Positions 12,486 to 23,650 of a stretch of DNA of 64,000 bases are shown piece by piece. How positions within the stretch are numbered: the first letter of the stretch is position 1; every line of letters starts with the position of its first letter. Below the pieces are notes generated by a model that was not told the origin of the DNA, searched no databases, and saw only the letters and a list, made by a program, of their open reading frames with translations. The DNA is from Sporopachydermia quercuum (lineage: Eukaryota), in the NCBI GenBank assembly GCA_001599295.1, contig BCGN01000012.1, positions 248,001 to 312,000 of the forward strand. The letters run 5' to 3'. Made by a program: the position numbers and the translations under genes.

Positions 12486-13131
12486 GTTATGCATGAGGAG
12501 GCGAGAGTTTACCAGTCATTGTAGGTTCCAAATTGGGAAATGGAGAGGTTAGGAAACTGGGGTAACATCGGAGACTTTGGAATTTGGAGAGAATACATTA
12601 GGTATCGACGATATTTGGACTATAACTGTAGGTAAACATTAAAACAAATCTTGAAACGGATATATTACAAGTGGTGTTAGCGCTATTTTAGCCATTTTAT
12701 GCTTTAGATACCCATTGATCATTGAACGATAAAAAAGCATCACCTTTCTTCACCTATTATGGGACACAAACATCATGTCTCTTTCCACATTCATTCTGTC
12801 TCCGAACAAGATTTTTGGCACTTACTAATCAAGTTCACATTTACCTAATGAAACTAACATCAATACTATTTTCCATGCATTGTTCCACCATAGTGATATG
12901 ACTTAGGGATTATAAAGAACGCCAGTCTCTTTAGCAGTAGTATTACCTTTTTACATTTCTAATAACTGGCTATCCATTTATATTCACTGCTTTTGCTTTA
13001 CAAACATTTATAGCATTTCTATCTACTGGAGACTCCCTATTTTTTCAAAAAAGCACAATCAGCATAATATATCAACACGAACATAAAGAGGTTATAACCA
13101 CAAACAGCCACATTATACATTCCCATCAACA

Positions 13132-14397
13132 ATGCTGCCGTCAAGCATAATAAAAGGCATATTTTTGCTACTAGCGACGTTTCTTTATTCTTGTTCAGGA
13201 GAAACAGCATCAGCGGAGGGCGACACAGCGCGTCATACAAATAACTGGGCTGTTCTAGTAAGTACATCGCGATTCTGGTTCAATTATCGTCATATGGCCA
13301 ATGTGCTGAGTTTTTATAGGACTGTGAAACGCCTAGGAATCCCCGATTCGCAAATAATTCTCATGCTATCCGATGATATGGCATGTAATCCTCGGAATCT
13401 ATTCCCTGGAGTTGTTTATAACGACAACAAACGATCAATCGATTTATATGGTGACAACATTGAAGTAGATTATAGAGGCTACGAAGTTACGGTAGAGAAC
13501 TTCATCAGACTACTTACCGATAGATGGGATGAAAATACACCAAGATCAAAAAGACTACTTACTGATGATAGATCAAACATCTTCATATATATGACAGGTC
13601 ACGGAGGAAATGAATTTTTGAAATTCCAAGATGCAGAGGAAATTGGTTCATATGATATTGCTGATGCGTTTGAGCAAATGTATGAAAAGAAACGTTATAA
13701 CGAGATTTTGTTTATGATCGACACTTGCCAGGCTAACACGATGTACTCACGATTCTACTCACCTAATATCTTATCTGTGGGATCCTCTAAAAAAGATGAA
13801 AGTTCTTATTCATATCATTCAGATCCTGACCTTGGTTGTGCTGTTATTGACAGATTTACCTATTATAATTTGGAACTTCTAGAAAACGTTGAAAAGAACT
13901 CTTCAATGTCGCTTGACGAGTTCTTCTCACTATACAACTATGAATCTATTCATTCCCATGCTGGGGTAAGAGAGGATTTGTTTCAAAGGGATCTGAAAAC
14001 CGTGAAATTAACAGATTTCCTTGGAAACGTTCAAAGTGTAGTAGTGGACGAAGTAGAAAGTGATATCCTAAAAATCATGAACGAAACCCGTCTTGAACCT
14101 GCACCATCAAAAGGTTCTATACAATTAACCCCAAAACCTCTGAACAACGAGTCTGTTTTCCAACACCAAACTGAAGTACTACAAAAAGTGGACAATATGT
14201 TGTATTCAGTGCTTGATGAACTGAAAATCGTTGTACTACGTTCATTTGACCAGAAACAAACGTTTGCATTACCTTTTACAAAGCTAGACTTATCACCGTC
14301 TTCTTTACTACTACAAACGCAAAAGGAATGGTGCAAAACTGTTGGATATTCAGCTGTATTCCTGTTTTTTGGCACATATATGTTAACTCTGATATAA
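13132..14397 (+). CDS. GPI8: GPI transamidase catalytic subunit (peptidase C13)
   Basis: Signal peptide; HTNNWAVLVSTSRFWFNYRH; catalytic His in TGHGG and Cys in DTCQA; C-terminal hydrophobic helix. Confidence 0.97.
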   Translation: MLPSSIIKGIFLLLATFLYSCSGETASAEGDTARHTNNWAVLVSTSRFWFNYRHMANVLSFYRTVKRLGIPDSQIILMLSDDMACNPRNLFPGVVYNDNKRSIDLYGDNIEVDYRGYEVTVENFIRLLTDRWDENTPRSKRLLTDDRSNIFIYMTGHGGNEFLKFQDAEEIGSYDIADAFEQMYEKKRYNEILFMIDTCQANTMYSRFYSPNILSVGSSKKDESSYSYHSDPDLGCAVIDRFTYYNLELLENVEKNSSMSLDEFFSLYNYESIHSHAGVREDLFQRDLKTVKLTDFLGNVQSVVVDEVESDILKIMNETRLEPAPSKGSIQLTPKPLNNESVFQHQTEVLQKVDNMLYSVLDELKIVVLRSFDQKQTFALPFTKLDLSPSSLLLQTQKEWCKTVGYSAVFLFFGTYMLTLI

Positions 14398-14571
14398 ACA
14401 ACAATCAACTTTGATGCATCATTATACAATTCATTTTATCATTGAAAACAAAATAAAGGGTAGGTAGGCTTAATGAATAACTGTTTCTATTATAAGGTAC
14501 TGGAATTGTAGGAACCAAAAGAAATTCTTTACAATTCATATACAAACATCTATTGTCTTTGCTGTTTATTC

Positions 14572-17500
14572 TTATTCGACATATATATCCCTTTTTCTAC
14601 CACTGAGCCAGTCTTGCCAGACCATTCTATATACCTTCTCCATTCTTTTCACCCATCCAACAGAATCAAACTGTGGTGATTTTTCTCTCATATTAAACAA
14701 ATACTCTCGAAGGATATCACGATCCTTTCTACTAGTTATCAGCCTCATCGTCTTCAATATATACTCTTCTTCATTCTCACTAATAAGAAGATCTTTCCCC
14801 CAATCCGCTTGGGACCCTTCTCCTAATGCTGATATTATAACTGATGCTGCTACTCGAGAGCACATCTTATAATCATAAGGCGCAAAAGTCACCATTGGAG
14901 TACATCCCCATAACACATCACATGCAGTTGTATGGCCATTGCACTCTGGAGTATCGAGCACAATATCTGGAGCACTACATCTAGTCAAATGGTCTTCCTT
15001 CAGAGCTATATCAGTGAAAACTATTCTACTGAATACACTGGGTGAGCAGTGAGCTTCTGCTATCTTTTTTAAATACTTCTCTCCCGCTATTGGGAACCTG
15101 AGCAACCACAACACAGCATTAGGAGCCATTTCTAATATCTTCAACCATAATTTGAACGTTATAGGATCAATCTTATATAATTGGTTGAAATTAGCCAGTA
15201 CAACTATATTTCCCTTATCAACTCCTGGAATCTCTATTGGCTTGCCGCTTACTGTGAATTTACCATTCAGGAAATCGTCTCTCAGCTTGTTCCTATTGCC
15301 ATTGAACTCAGCAAATTCAAGCTCAGGCAAACCTTTCATTTGTCTTTGATAATGTGAATCCTTGCTGCTCGTTTTATGTCCGCATACAAAGAAAGACCTT
15401 TCTAAATAAACAATATTCTCTTTATACACATCGCGTGCACTTGTTGGCACACTGTGACGGTCAGCCACCAAATAGTCATTCCAGGCAGAGCCCAAGGACC
15501 CCGCAAAGCCCATCAAAGATATCTGCACGGGAGCAGCTCTAGCTGCAAATAATTCATTGCGAGAGTTCTTGGTGAATCCATTGAGATTGACCAAAACATG
15601 GATATTGTCATCAAGAACCTGTAGTAAAACCTGTTTGGTGGTCATTTGACTTACATCTCTGAAAATACTCGACTTTTCTATTGTTGCTCGATAGCTAGAG
15701 CCATCATTAGCAGACAGAGCATAGCAGAAACATCTAACATTTGATTTATCATGACTACCAAAGACGTGTTCCATCAAATGCGATAGTGGATGATTACCAA
15801 AGTCTGAAGATACATATCCAATATTCAAAATACCTTTATGTGGTTCTGCTGGAGGCTTATTTATAGATCTAGGAAGCCAATCCTGTATCAGTGTGGCAAC
15901 TGATACTCTCAGCCCTGATTTTGCATATACTCCTGCTATCATTTCCTTCGACAATGGTAATGAGAAGGTATAGAAAGGAAGTATATAGGGACAAGGCGAA
16001 GCACTCAGATAAGAAGGAATCATTGGTCTGTCATAGTGTTGTCTCAGTATATCATCAGAAATATTTGATTGGCGCTTTAGATACCAATTTCTCTGTCCTT
16101 CACGCATAGAATACTGAACCAGCTCTACTACACTGAATCCTTCATTATTTCTATCAGCAAACGTTAACAGCAGCGTTCTAACCTCATCAGATGAACGTTC
16201 TAAACAAGCACATAGAGCATCAACGAAACCAGTACCTTCTTGAGAACGTAAGAGCTGGTTAACAGCTCCGGAACCCCATTTCTCACAATCATCCAACTGT
16301 TTATTTGTCATATCAGAAATTTTGGTCAACCAGCCTGAAGAAGTTCCTATAACAATATCGTTATACTTGGAAACTAGTTCTCTGCCGACGGCTCCTCTGG
16401 AAGACCAATCGCATACTGAAGTCTTCACGTTGGCTAAACTGACAGCAGCTTCAATTGAGTCAGGATTTATTCTGGAAGCTTTCGTGAACCAGAAAATAGC
16501 TTCCTCATGTCGTAAAGTATCTCTTAAACAAGAGCCAAGGTTAAGCAATGCTGTTAATAATGTAGGATCACAGGAAACAGCTCGCTGGTAGCAATTGATA
16601 GCTTCATTCATTAGGCCTAGTTCTTTCAGCAATGTACCTAGATTTGTATATAAATGTGGATGTTTCGAATCCATAGAAAGACCACATTGATAGTACTGGA
16701 AAGAAAGGCTTCTAGTGGTCTGAACGAAATGCCACGAAGCTGTTCTACCTATTGATTTGTGTTCCTTTGTTACATCAATGCCGTCAGCAGGAACGGAAGC
16801 AGACTTAGAATAAGCTGCGGTGTTATTATCATGAACACCAGTATCACCGTTATCATTTCTATTCAGGATTTTATCTGTTGCTGGTCCTATCATTACAGGC
16901 CCTAGTAAATTAGCCACTGAAGAGAAAAGTATACCAATATTATTATAGGCAGAAGCTGACGGATTCAAGGAAAGCGATAGCATGTATAAAGCTAATATGT
17001 CGTTAGGAGATGGCACTTTACCATCTACAAGTACCAGCTGCGAAGGATCTCCAGAACAAAACCCATCTTGGAATATCTTGGCTAAATTCAACAGAGCAAT
17101 GCTCACTAATCCATTTAAAGCACGATTCAAGGAAAGATATGTCGATATAGGAACAGGAAGGCATTTTGATGCTACTTCTTCTGTATTTAGAAGCTGTGGA
17201 TTGTTCAAAACAGTTAATATAAAAGGTAAGTCTTCCGGTTTGCTTCTGTACATAATAATTGGTATCATCAGAGGGAGAATTCCATCTGAATAGCGAAAGA
17301 CCTTTTTCCTGCAACTATGAGCATCATGTGGCTGTGTGAGCATCAATCGCACATCTACAGCATTAGGAGTGGAGTCATAGAAAGATAGGATACTAGATAT
17401 CAAGGTTGCGATACCGGAAGGTTTAGTAGACATATTAGCATCATTTCTCGCTTGCCCATCTGTAGATGCCTCTAAACCTAAGCACCTGATTGCTTCCGGG

Positions 17501-18504
17501 GAGAGGAATCCTTGAACTAACGGACTATCGCCACAGGAAAACAAAATCGCTGTTTGAATGATCATCCCATGATGCTGTGCTGCCTTAGTATAGTCTTTCA
17601 TGTTATAATACGTATTCGCCATAGCTAAACAAATACTTAGAACACGAAGGATCTGATCACTGACTTTATAAATCTGCTCACCATTGGAGAGTATTGATGT
17701 ATATACTGGTGGTAAAGGTTCTAAGCATTTCCTTTGAATATGCAACAAGTAGCAAAGGCTTTGATTATCACTATTGACACCAGATTTCATTTTCAGATTA
17801 CTTAGATGCTCTACTGCATCATAAAGGTTAGGTCTTAGCTTTATAGCCTTCATGAGATAATATTCACATTCAGTTAGATTTCCGAGCGCTTGCAGTGTGA
17901 CAGCTTTATTAGAGTAGGCTTCTGGATACGATGGATCTATTTGAATTATTATATCATTGAAACGCAGAGAGCTTTTGTAATCTTTCAGCTCAAAACTTAT
18001 ATATCCGCATAGTAGATATGTTCCTAGTACCTTGCTAATTAATACATCATATCCACTCTCTTCAATGACATCATTAACTACTCCGAAATCCTCTCTAAAC
18101 CAGTATATAATGTCCTGCAAATTATGATGGAAGACCATATAATCAACTAATTTGTTAATAACAGACAAATTTCGCCCTTGAGCTGCATCTCGAATAAATG
18201 ATGGTGCTATTGGCTCCAATTCAACCGACTCTGTAAAATCATCAGCAGAAAGAATATAAGAAGAATTTTCACCAATGAGAGTGTATGACTTTGCTACTTC
18301 TTGTACAACTATTGGTACATTTCTGACATCAATCTTAGGAGTAATCCGAAGTGTTTCCCGACAGCATATTTCCAGATATCTTAAACAGTATTTCAATACT
18401 AAAAAGTTCAAACGACTCACTTGAAAATCCAATGCTCCAGGAAACAACAGCCAAGATCGAATAAGAGGAAGAACGAATTCTATCCTCTGTTCTTTGTCGT
18501 TCAT
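14572..18504 (-). CDS. OGT: UDP-GlcNAc:peptide O-GlcNAc transferase (TPR repeats + GT41 catalytic domain), ~1310 aa; first ATG at 18504, upstream exons not excluded
   Basis: TPRs (PEAYSNKAVTLQALG; HPHLYTNLGTLLKELG...AVSCDP; ALLNLGSCLRD). Animal/SEC-type motifs IGYVSSDFGNHPLSHLM, HVLVNLNGFTK, NFNQLYKIDP, VLWLLRFP, LDTPECNGHTTACDVLWGCTPMVT, MCSRVAAS. Confidence 0.92.
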   Translation of the reverse strand: MNDKEQRIEFVLPLIRSWLLFPGALDFQVSRLNFLVLKYCLRYLEICCRETLRITPKIDVRNVPIVVQEVAKSYTLIGENSSYILSADDFTESVELEPIAPSFIRDAAQGRNLSVINKLVDYMVFHHNLQDIIYWFREDFGVVNDVIEESGYDVLISKVLGTYLLCGYISFELKDYKSSLRFNDIIIQIDPSYPEAYSNKAVTLQALGNLTECEYYLMKAIKLRPNLYDAVEHLSNLKMKSGVNSDNQSLCYLLHIQRKCLEPLPPVYTSILSNGEQIYKVSDQILRVLSICLAMANTYYNMKDYTKAAQHHGMIIQTAILFSCGDSPLVQGFLSPEAIRCLGLEASTDGQARNDANMSTKPSGIATLISSILSFYDSTPNAVDVRLMLTQPHDAHSCRKKVFRYSDGILPLMIPIIMYRSKPEDLPFILTVLNNPQLLNTEEVASKCLPVPISTYLSLNRALNGLVSIALLNLAKIFQDGFCSGDPSQLVLVDGKVPSPNDILALYMLSLSLNPSASAYNNIGILFSSVANLLGPVMIGPATDKILNRNDNGDTGVHDNNTAAYSKSASVPADGIDVTKEHKSIGRTASWHFVQTTRSLSFQYYQCGLSMDSKHPHLYTNLGTLLKELGLMNEAINCYQRAVSCDPTLLTALLNLGSCLRDTLRHEEAIFWFTKASRINPDSIEAAVSLANVKTSVCDWSSRGAVGRELVSKYNDIVIGTSSGWLTKISDMTNKQLDDCEKWGSGAVNQLLRSQEGTGFVDALCACLERSSDEVRTLLLTFADRNNEGFSVVELVQYSMREGQRNWYLKRQSNISDDILRQHYDRPMIPSYLSASPCPYILPFYTFSLPLSKEMIAGVYAKSGLRVSVATLIQDWLPRSINKPPAEPHKGILNIGYVSSDFGNHPLSHLMEHVFGSHDKSNVRCFCYALSANDGSSYRATIEKSSIFRDVSQMTTKQVLLQVLDDNIHVLVNLNGFTKNSRNELFAARAAPVQISLMGFAGSLGSAWNDYLVADRHSVPTSARDVYKENIVYLERSFFVCGHKTSSKDSHYQRQMKGLPELEFAEFNGNRNKLRDDFLNGKFTVSGKPIEIPGVDKGNIVVLANFNQLYKIDPITFKLWLKILEMAPNAVLWLLRFPIAGEKYLKKIAEAHCSPSVFSRIVFTDIALKEDHLTRCSAPDIVLDTPECNGHTTACDVLWGCTPMVTFAPYDYKMCSRVAASVIISALGEGSQADWGKDLLISENEEEYILKTMRLITSRKDRDILREYLFNMREKSPQFDSVGWVKRMEKVYRMVWQDWLSGRKRDIYVE

Positions 18505-20717
18505 TGTCCTTGTAATGATATAGTAATACAATCTTCATCTATCAGTGGATTTAATTTGATAGTAAAGATGAGGAAAGGATTGTCTTAGTTTTCAAAATCA
18601 ATGTAATGCTTTTAAGAAATATACTTCTAGTGTATACGATCAGCAAAATTCAGCTATATGATCACGGTTCCAAGGGTTGTTTCTAGAATTTCGCGAAAAT
18701 AGTAGAAGATTGTTAGTCTGTATGAAGTTGAAACAATAGCTTACTGCTGTAATACTTGGAACTAGGAAAATGAAAAACACTCTTAACTACATCCACTATT
18801 TCTGCAAAACAATAATGCAAAATATAGATTGACATAAAATAAAAATAATTGCACGCAAATCCGCAATTTTCAGGAATAAACAGTAGAAATTTCTATGATT
18901 AAGAGAAAGATCAGTAGTTGAATTGAAGTAGAACAAGAATAGATGCATATGGAAGATGGTAATTAAATTAAGGTTACACTTATGGTTTGATTTAAGATTA
19001 AAGTTAATGTTTAATTACATAAGACGAGTAATATGTTGGTTTAAGGTTTATCTGATTTAAACCTAGTATTGGTGAAAAAAGAGCTCTATTGTATAGAGAA
19101 ACGGCATAAACCAGAAGACATCGGAAAGCCTGAACCTGAATATACTGTACCATGATTATAATATCATTTTGTTATTATAAGCAAAGTAAAATACTTTAAA
19201 TAAAATCTAGGGAGAAAACAATCAACATTTTGGCGAGAAAAGGAGACTAAAATTTGCTGTACTCTAGCTGAACTAACTTTATATTCTTGGCTAGAGTCAA
19301 GTGAGCGATCTTTGAACATCAGAAGCCTCAACTTTTCTGCAGAAACCAATCGAACTCTTATTGTTATTTTTAACTTAAAAAGTTCTAGCAAATCAATTTT
19401 TCTCTCTTAATAACGATTTAATTATCACAATTCGTCTCCAAATTCATTTCTGCCTTTTAAGCATAGTGTTGTGATTTGATTGATTTTACCACTTACCAGT
19501 TAAATAAGGTTAAAGTTTTGAAATAAAGTTTAACAAGACTCATCTCTATTTTTTGGTTTAGAATAAAGTTCTCTTCTTTTATATATTTAAATAGTAGAGC
19601 AGAAACTTGAACACAATGTTGGAAACGTTTCAATGCATTTGTTCCCTAAGTGCGTGTAACCTAAGTGTATAATAACAAACTAAGAAAAAATTAAAGCAGA
19701 ATAAATTGAATTTTCAACTAGTGTAATGATATATTAGAAAATTCTGTGCTTACTTAATTTTACACTTGCCTATAGAGAAAACAAGTCGCCGTAGTGTACT
19801 GTTTAGGAAACTTAAAGCCCATAAGTTTAAGTTTATTTTACAATTCTCAATTTTATTCAACTTTTCACAACTCAAATATAGCTAGATTGAATTCATCAAC
19901 TTATAAGATGAAGGGTTCACTACTTCTGAAGAACAGGCTATTGTAATTCCATTACATTTCACTTCCGAGATACAAATGTCAAATTTTGAATCTGGAGCTG
20001 AAAGTTACATCAGCTATACTCGATATTTCTACCAGCTTCTATCTTACAAAACAGGTGTTAGACTTCAATTCGATGACGTAACCCTGCAATATTCAATTAT
20101 TAGTAAATCGAATGTATCATAAACCTTTGAAGTCTAAACTTTACTCCTTAGATTGAAAACTCTAAGTTTCGACTTCGAGTCTCATTTCATGCATAATGCG
20201 GCAATCCCCAGGTTCACTACATCATTGCTGATTGAAATACTGCCCCGGAAAGACACAGCACAGTTTCCGGTATCATCCCAAATATGGCTGCAAACAACAT
20301 CATGATGTTTGGGTGCATCAAAGGATACCCTCAACAGCTTATTATTGACATCTACACAGACTAATGATATATAGAGACAGGCACTTTTCCATAAGTATTG
20401 CTGTCATTACTAACGCCAAAAAACTGTTTGGGAAGTTGATGGTACGACTTAGCGAATGATTGTGGAAAATAATTGAACGTCTTTGGAGTTAGTTAGTGAA
20501 TAAACTGGATCGTTAAGTGGAATAATCAGTTGCTGTGCTGTAAAGATCAGTAGTTAATGATAAGGCTGAACCTTTAGGTGTATAGTAGGAGAAGCAGACT
20601 TTCTTTCATCTTTCGAATCAATTGAGAAATTCACTGCAGATATAAGAGTTTGCGTGTTTTAATTGCCATCAGATTTATATGAATCACGACATATCTCATA
20701 TCAAGTGAATCATTATC

Positions 20718-21698
20718 ATGCAACCAATTAATCTCTTATCAGCAACAATTGCATTGGCTGGTCTCATGTCATCAGCCTCCGCTTTCAAAGACACATCACC
20801 AGGAATCTTTTTATCAGCTGTTACTGCAAATGAACAACAAGCGGAGATCTTGAAGTTAGTCGATTCAAGTGAAAAAAATGCAGCATATATTGAGTCTTCA
20901 TTGTCTTTTTTAAGCTCCATCAAGCATCGATTACATAACATCTGCTCAACATCCAACTCCAATGACAACAGCATAAATTTTCTTTGGGTTCATCAGCCAG
21001 GCCTTCATTCTAGTGATTTGACAAATCAGGTTGCTGCGCCGTTTTTAGCTTCCAGAACAAATTTCATATCTTCTAATAAAGGATTAAGTGACTCGAATGT
21101 TTCATATGACAGTGTTGTTTCACCTAACGTTCATTTCAAAGAAAACGACGCCGAAACTTTTTATAAGTATGTCTTTGAGTTGATTGAAGAAGACTGTGCT
21201 GACGCTATTGCCTCAGGTAACGTAGTTTTTGAACAACTTGAGAAGAAGACTTTGACAACTGGAGCTGAAAGAAAGCAACAACTCAAGAAGGTTGATGAAG
21301 AAATTGCCGAAAAATTGAGCAACGTGAATACTGATTATGTCATTTTATTGACTTCCTCACCTATAGTGGAAAATGAAGAAACTGAAGGATTCTTGGATAG
21401 TCTCAAGAAGTCTGTCGATGAACTACTTGAAGAAGTTGAATCTGAAAGAGAGGAACTGGGAGAACTTTTAAAAGAGGAACTATCTAACTTGAACAAGCGA
21501 TCATCAGATGAGCAGTACCAGGCGAGCAGCTTAGTAACGAAATATACATTCTTTTCACCTGGTATCTGGATGACAACTTTAATTGCACTGTTTTTACTTT
21601 CAGTTTTCATCGTTGCTTTAGGTTGGGTCAGCTCATTGGATATTAGTTACAAAGCTTTTGACAAGCCTCCAGAGTATGTTACCAAAAAGGCTCAATAG
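20718..21698 (+). CDS. VOA1: V-ATPase V0 assembly factor Voa1 / Ac45-like type I membrane protein
   Basis: Signal peptide; C-terminal YTFFSPGIWM-TM-WVSSLDISYKAFDK pattern of Ac45/Voa1; KKAQ dilysine end; linked to SRB5 and VMA21 as in S. cerevisiae. Confidence 0.75.
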   Translation: MQPINLLSATIALAGLMSSASAFKDTSPGIFLSAVTANEQQAEILKLVDSSEKNAAYIESSLSFLSSIKHRLHNICSTSNSNDNSINFLWVHQPGLHSSDLTNQVAAPFLASRTNFISSNKGLSDSNVSYDSVVSPNVHFKENDAETFYKYVFELIEEDCADAIASGNVVFEQLEKKTLTTGAERKQQLKKVDEEIAEKLSNVNTDYVILLTSSPIVENEETEGFLDSLKKSVDELLEEVESEREELGELLKEELSNLNKRSSDEQYQASSLVTKYTFFSPGIWMTTLIALFLLSVFIVALGWVSSLDISYKAFDKPPEYVTKKAQ

Positions 21699-21915
21699 AT
21701 AACTTACTTTTGAATGTTATCTCAACTCAAAATATTTAATATATACAGATACATAATTGTATTTCCCTGAACAGTTCGTGAAATTGAACAATGAAGGTGA
21801 ATTAAGCATTCTCTCAAGTGTTGTTCAAAGGAAAATAAAAAATAAGAGATAAAATTGAGCAAAACGTAGGAGAAGAAACTGATAAACTCACAGTGTTAAG
21901 CTCAGGATACTTCAA

Positions 21916-22971
21916 TTACTTTTTCACTCTTGAATCCATAAAGTTTCTCTCTGGTATACCAAGAGTTACTAGTTCACCCAATTCTCCCTGTAATGTCTCT
22001 ATGGCTTTCGTTACCCTATTTATACTATCAATATCCGTAGATTTCTCAACGTTCGCAAATACTTTGAGGAAGTAATTGCGTCTATCGGGGTCTAATAGCT
22101 TTAACTTTGAAACTTGAATAGAAGCATTAGCTGTTTCTTCTAAAGGTCTCTTGAATAGAGGATCATTGATTTTCACAGGAATAGTTTCGATCGCTTGATC
22201 ATCTCTAACATATACGCGGAACACTTCTGCAATTAAAGTAATATTATCGTTCATATGAAGGTAAAAGCGGGAACCTTTAACCCAATATTCCAGTTCTAGG
22301 GCATATCCTAAGTTATATAACAAAGTAAACACATTGTTATCATATCGGAAAGTTCTTGAGGTCGGAGCGGGTAGGTCAGCGGGGTTCAATAAATCTGGAA
22401 GCTGCTGGTCACCTCGCTTCAACGGATATGAGTAAGGGAACAACGGCGTCGGCTGAGCTTCAAAATGACTTTCTGTTATAATTTGAGACGTTACCTTTCG
22501 TTTGCCTGCTGCGGGAATATCACTTGCAGTTAGAGTCCAAGGATTGCCTTTCAGTAGTTCCACATCATCGAAGTAACTGGTAGAATATATTGCTTCTTCT
22601 TCTACCTTTTTGTCACCGTCAGCACTGGAATCATTATCACTTTTCAGATTTTCTAGGAACTTTTCGTTTTTGAAGGAGAGCAGCTGTCTTAATCTTCCAA
22701 CAGCTTCCGTTGCATCTTCTGGCCCTGATTCTAAGAGATTAATATATCTGTTGTAATCATTCAAATACACACTGGTGCTCATTTTCAACCTATATTGATC
22801 GTTCGATTGTTTTGTTACTGAGTCAGGATTAGGTTCTTTGTATGGTTTAATGTTGAGGATGTGTAAGAATATAGGATTAGGAGGAGAGCTCGATAGAGCT
22901 ATTAGAGATGATATTAAAATTGGAAGCGTCGTGGGGGATACGCTCGCACTCAAACTCAATTGCTGTACCAT
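21916..22971 (-). CDS. SRB5: Mediator head subunit Med18
   Basis: MVQQLSLSAS start, PWTLTASDIPAAGKRKVTSQ, LGYALELEYWVKGSRF, C-terminal PERNFMDSRVK. Confidence 0.9.
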   Translation of the reverse strand: MVQQLSLSASVSPTTLPILISSLIALSSSPPNPIFLHILNIKPYKEPNPDSVTKQSNDQYRLKMSTSVYLNDYNRYINLLESGPEDATEAVGRLRQLLSFKNEKFLENLKSDNDSSADGDKKVEEEAIYSTSYFDDVELLKGNPWTLTASDIPAAGKRKVTSQIITESHFEAQPTPLFPYSYPLKRGDQQLPDLLNPADLPAPTSRTFRYDNNVFTLLYNLGYALELEYWVKGSRFYLHMNDNITLIAEVFRVYVRDDQAIETIPVKINDPLFKRPLEETANASIQVSKLKLLDPDRRNYFLKVFANVEKSTDIDSINRVTKAIETLQGELGELVTLGIPERNFMDSRVKK

Positions 22972-23650
22972 TGTTATATAATATATTTAGTTTTTAGTCT
23001 AACAATGATAAATATCTTCACAATTGATATGCAATGCAATGTCTTTGATAATAATCACTTTTTGAGTCCTACCAATCACTCTACCTAATTGGCATAATAC
23101 ATTGTCTTCGAGAGAGCTTAGAGGGAAATCAACAGAAAAAAGAGGCAGGCTCTTCTTTAACTCTCAAAATCCGTTGACATATACTGCAAGCAGATAAATG
23201 TCTGAATTGTGTCTGTCTATAGTATGTTTATGTGATAAACAAGTTCTACCCATGACAAATCACATATCCTGTTGATAACGGGAAGGAACAGAAGATATGT
23301 ATGTATATAACGGGGGTAAATCAGAAGACTAGAAAGATCTGATCCACAATGTGAGTTATGAGACTTGCGATGGAAATGGAATCTTCTTAATTGATGATAG
23401 ATGATATAAACAATAAGTGGTATAAATATTGTTAGGATGAGAAATTAAATTGTAAGTAATAAATTCAGTTTATTATATACAGTGGTTAGCTTTTCTTTGT
23501 ATATGGTTGATATACCAACAGCGTACTGTTGTTGAGTAGTATGTAGTATACAGTTTGATGTCCTATTGTGGTCCCATATGTGAACGGTTGATTCAATTGT
23601 CAGTAAATTGAATACAAACACGAAAGAGTAGCAATAATAAGGGACTGCAA

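Noticed and set aside
19907..20122. ~72-codon open frame between OGT and VOA1
   Set aside because: Preceded by a stop, no convincing branch point or upstream exon, no recognisable homology
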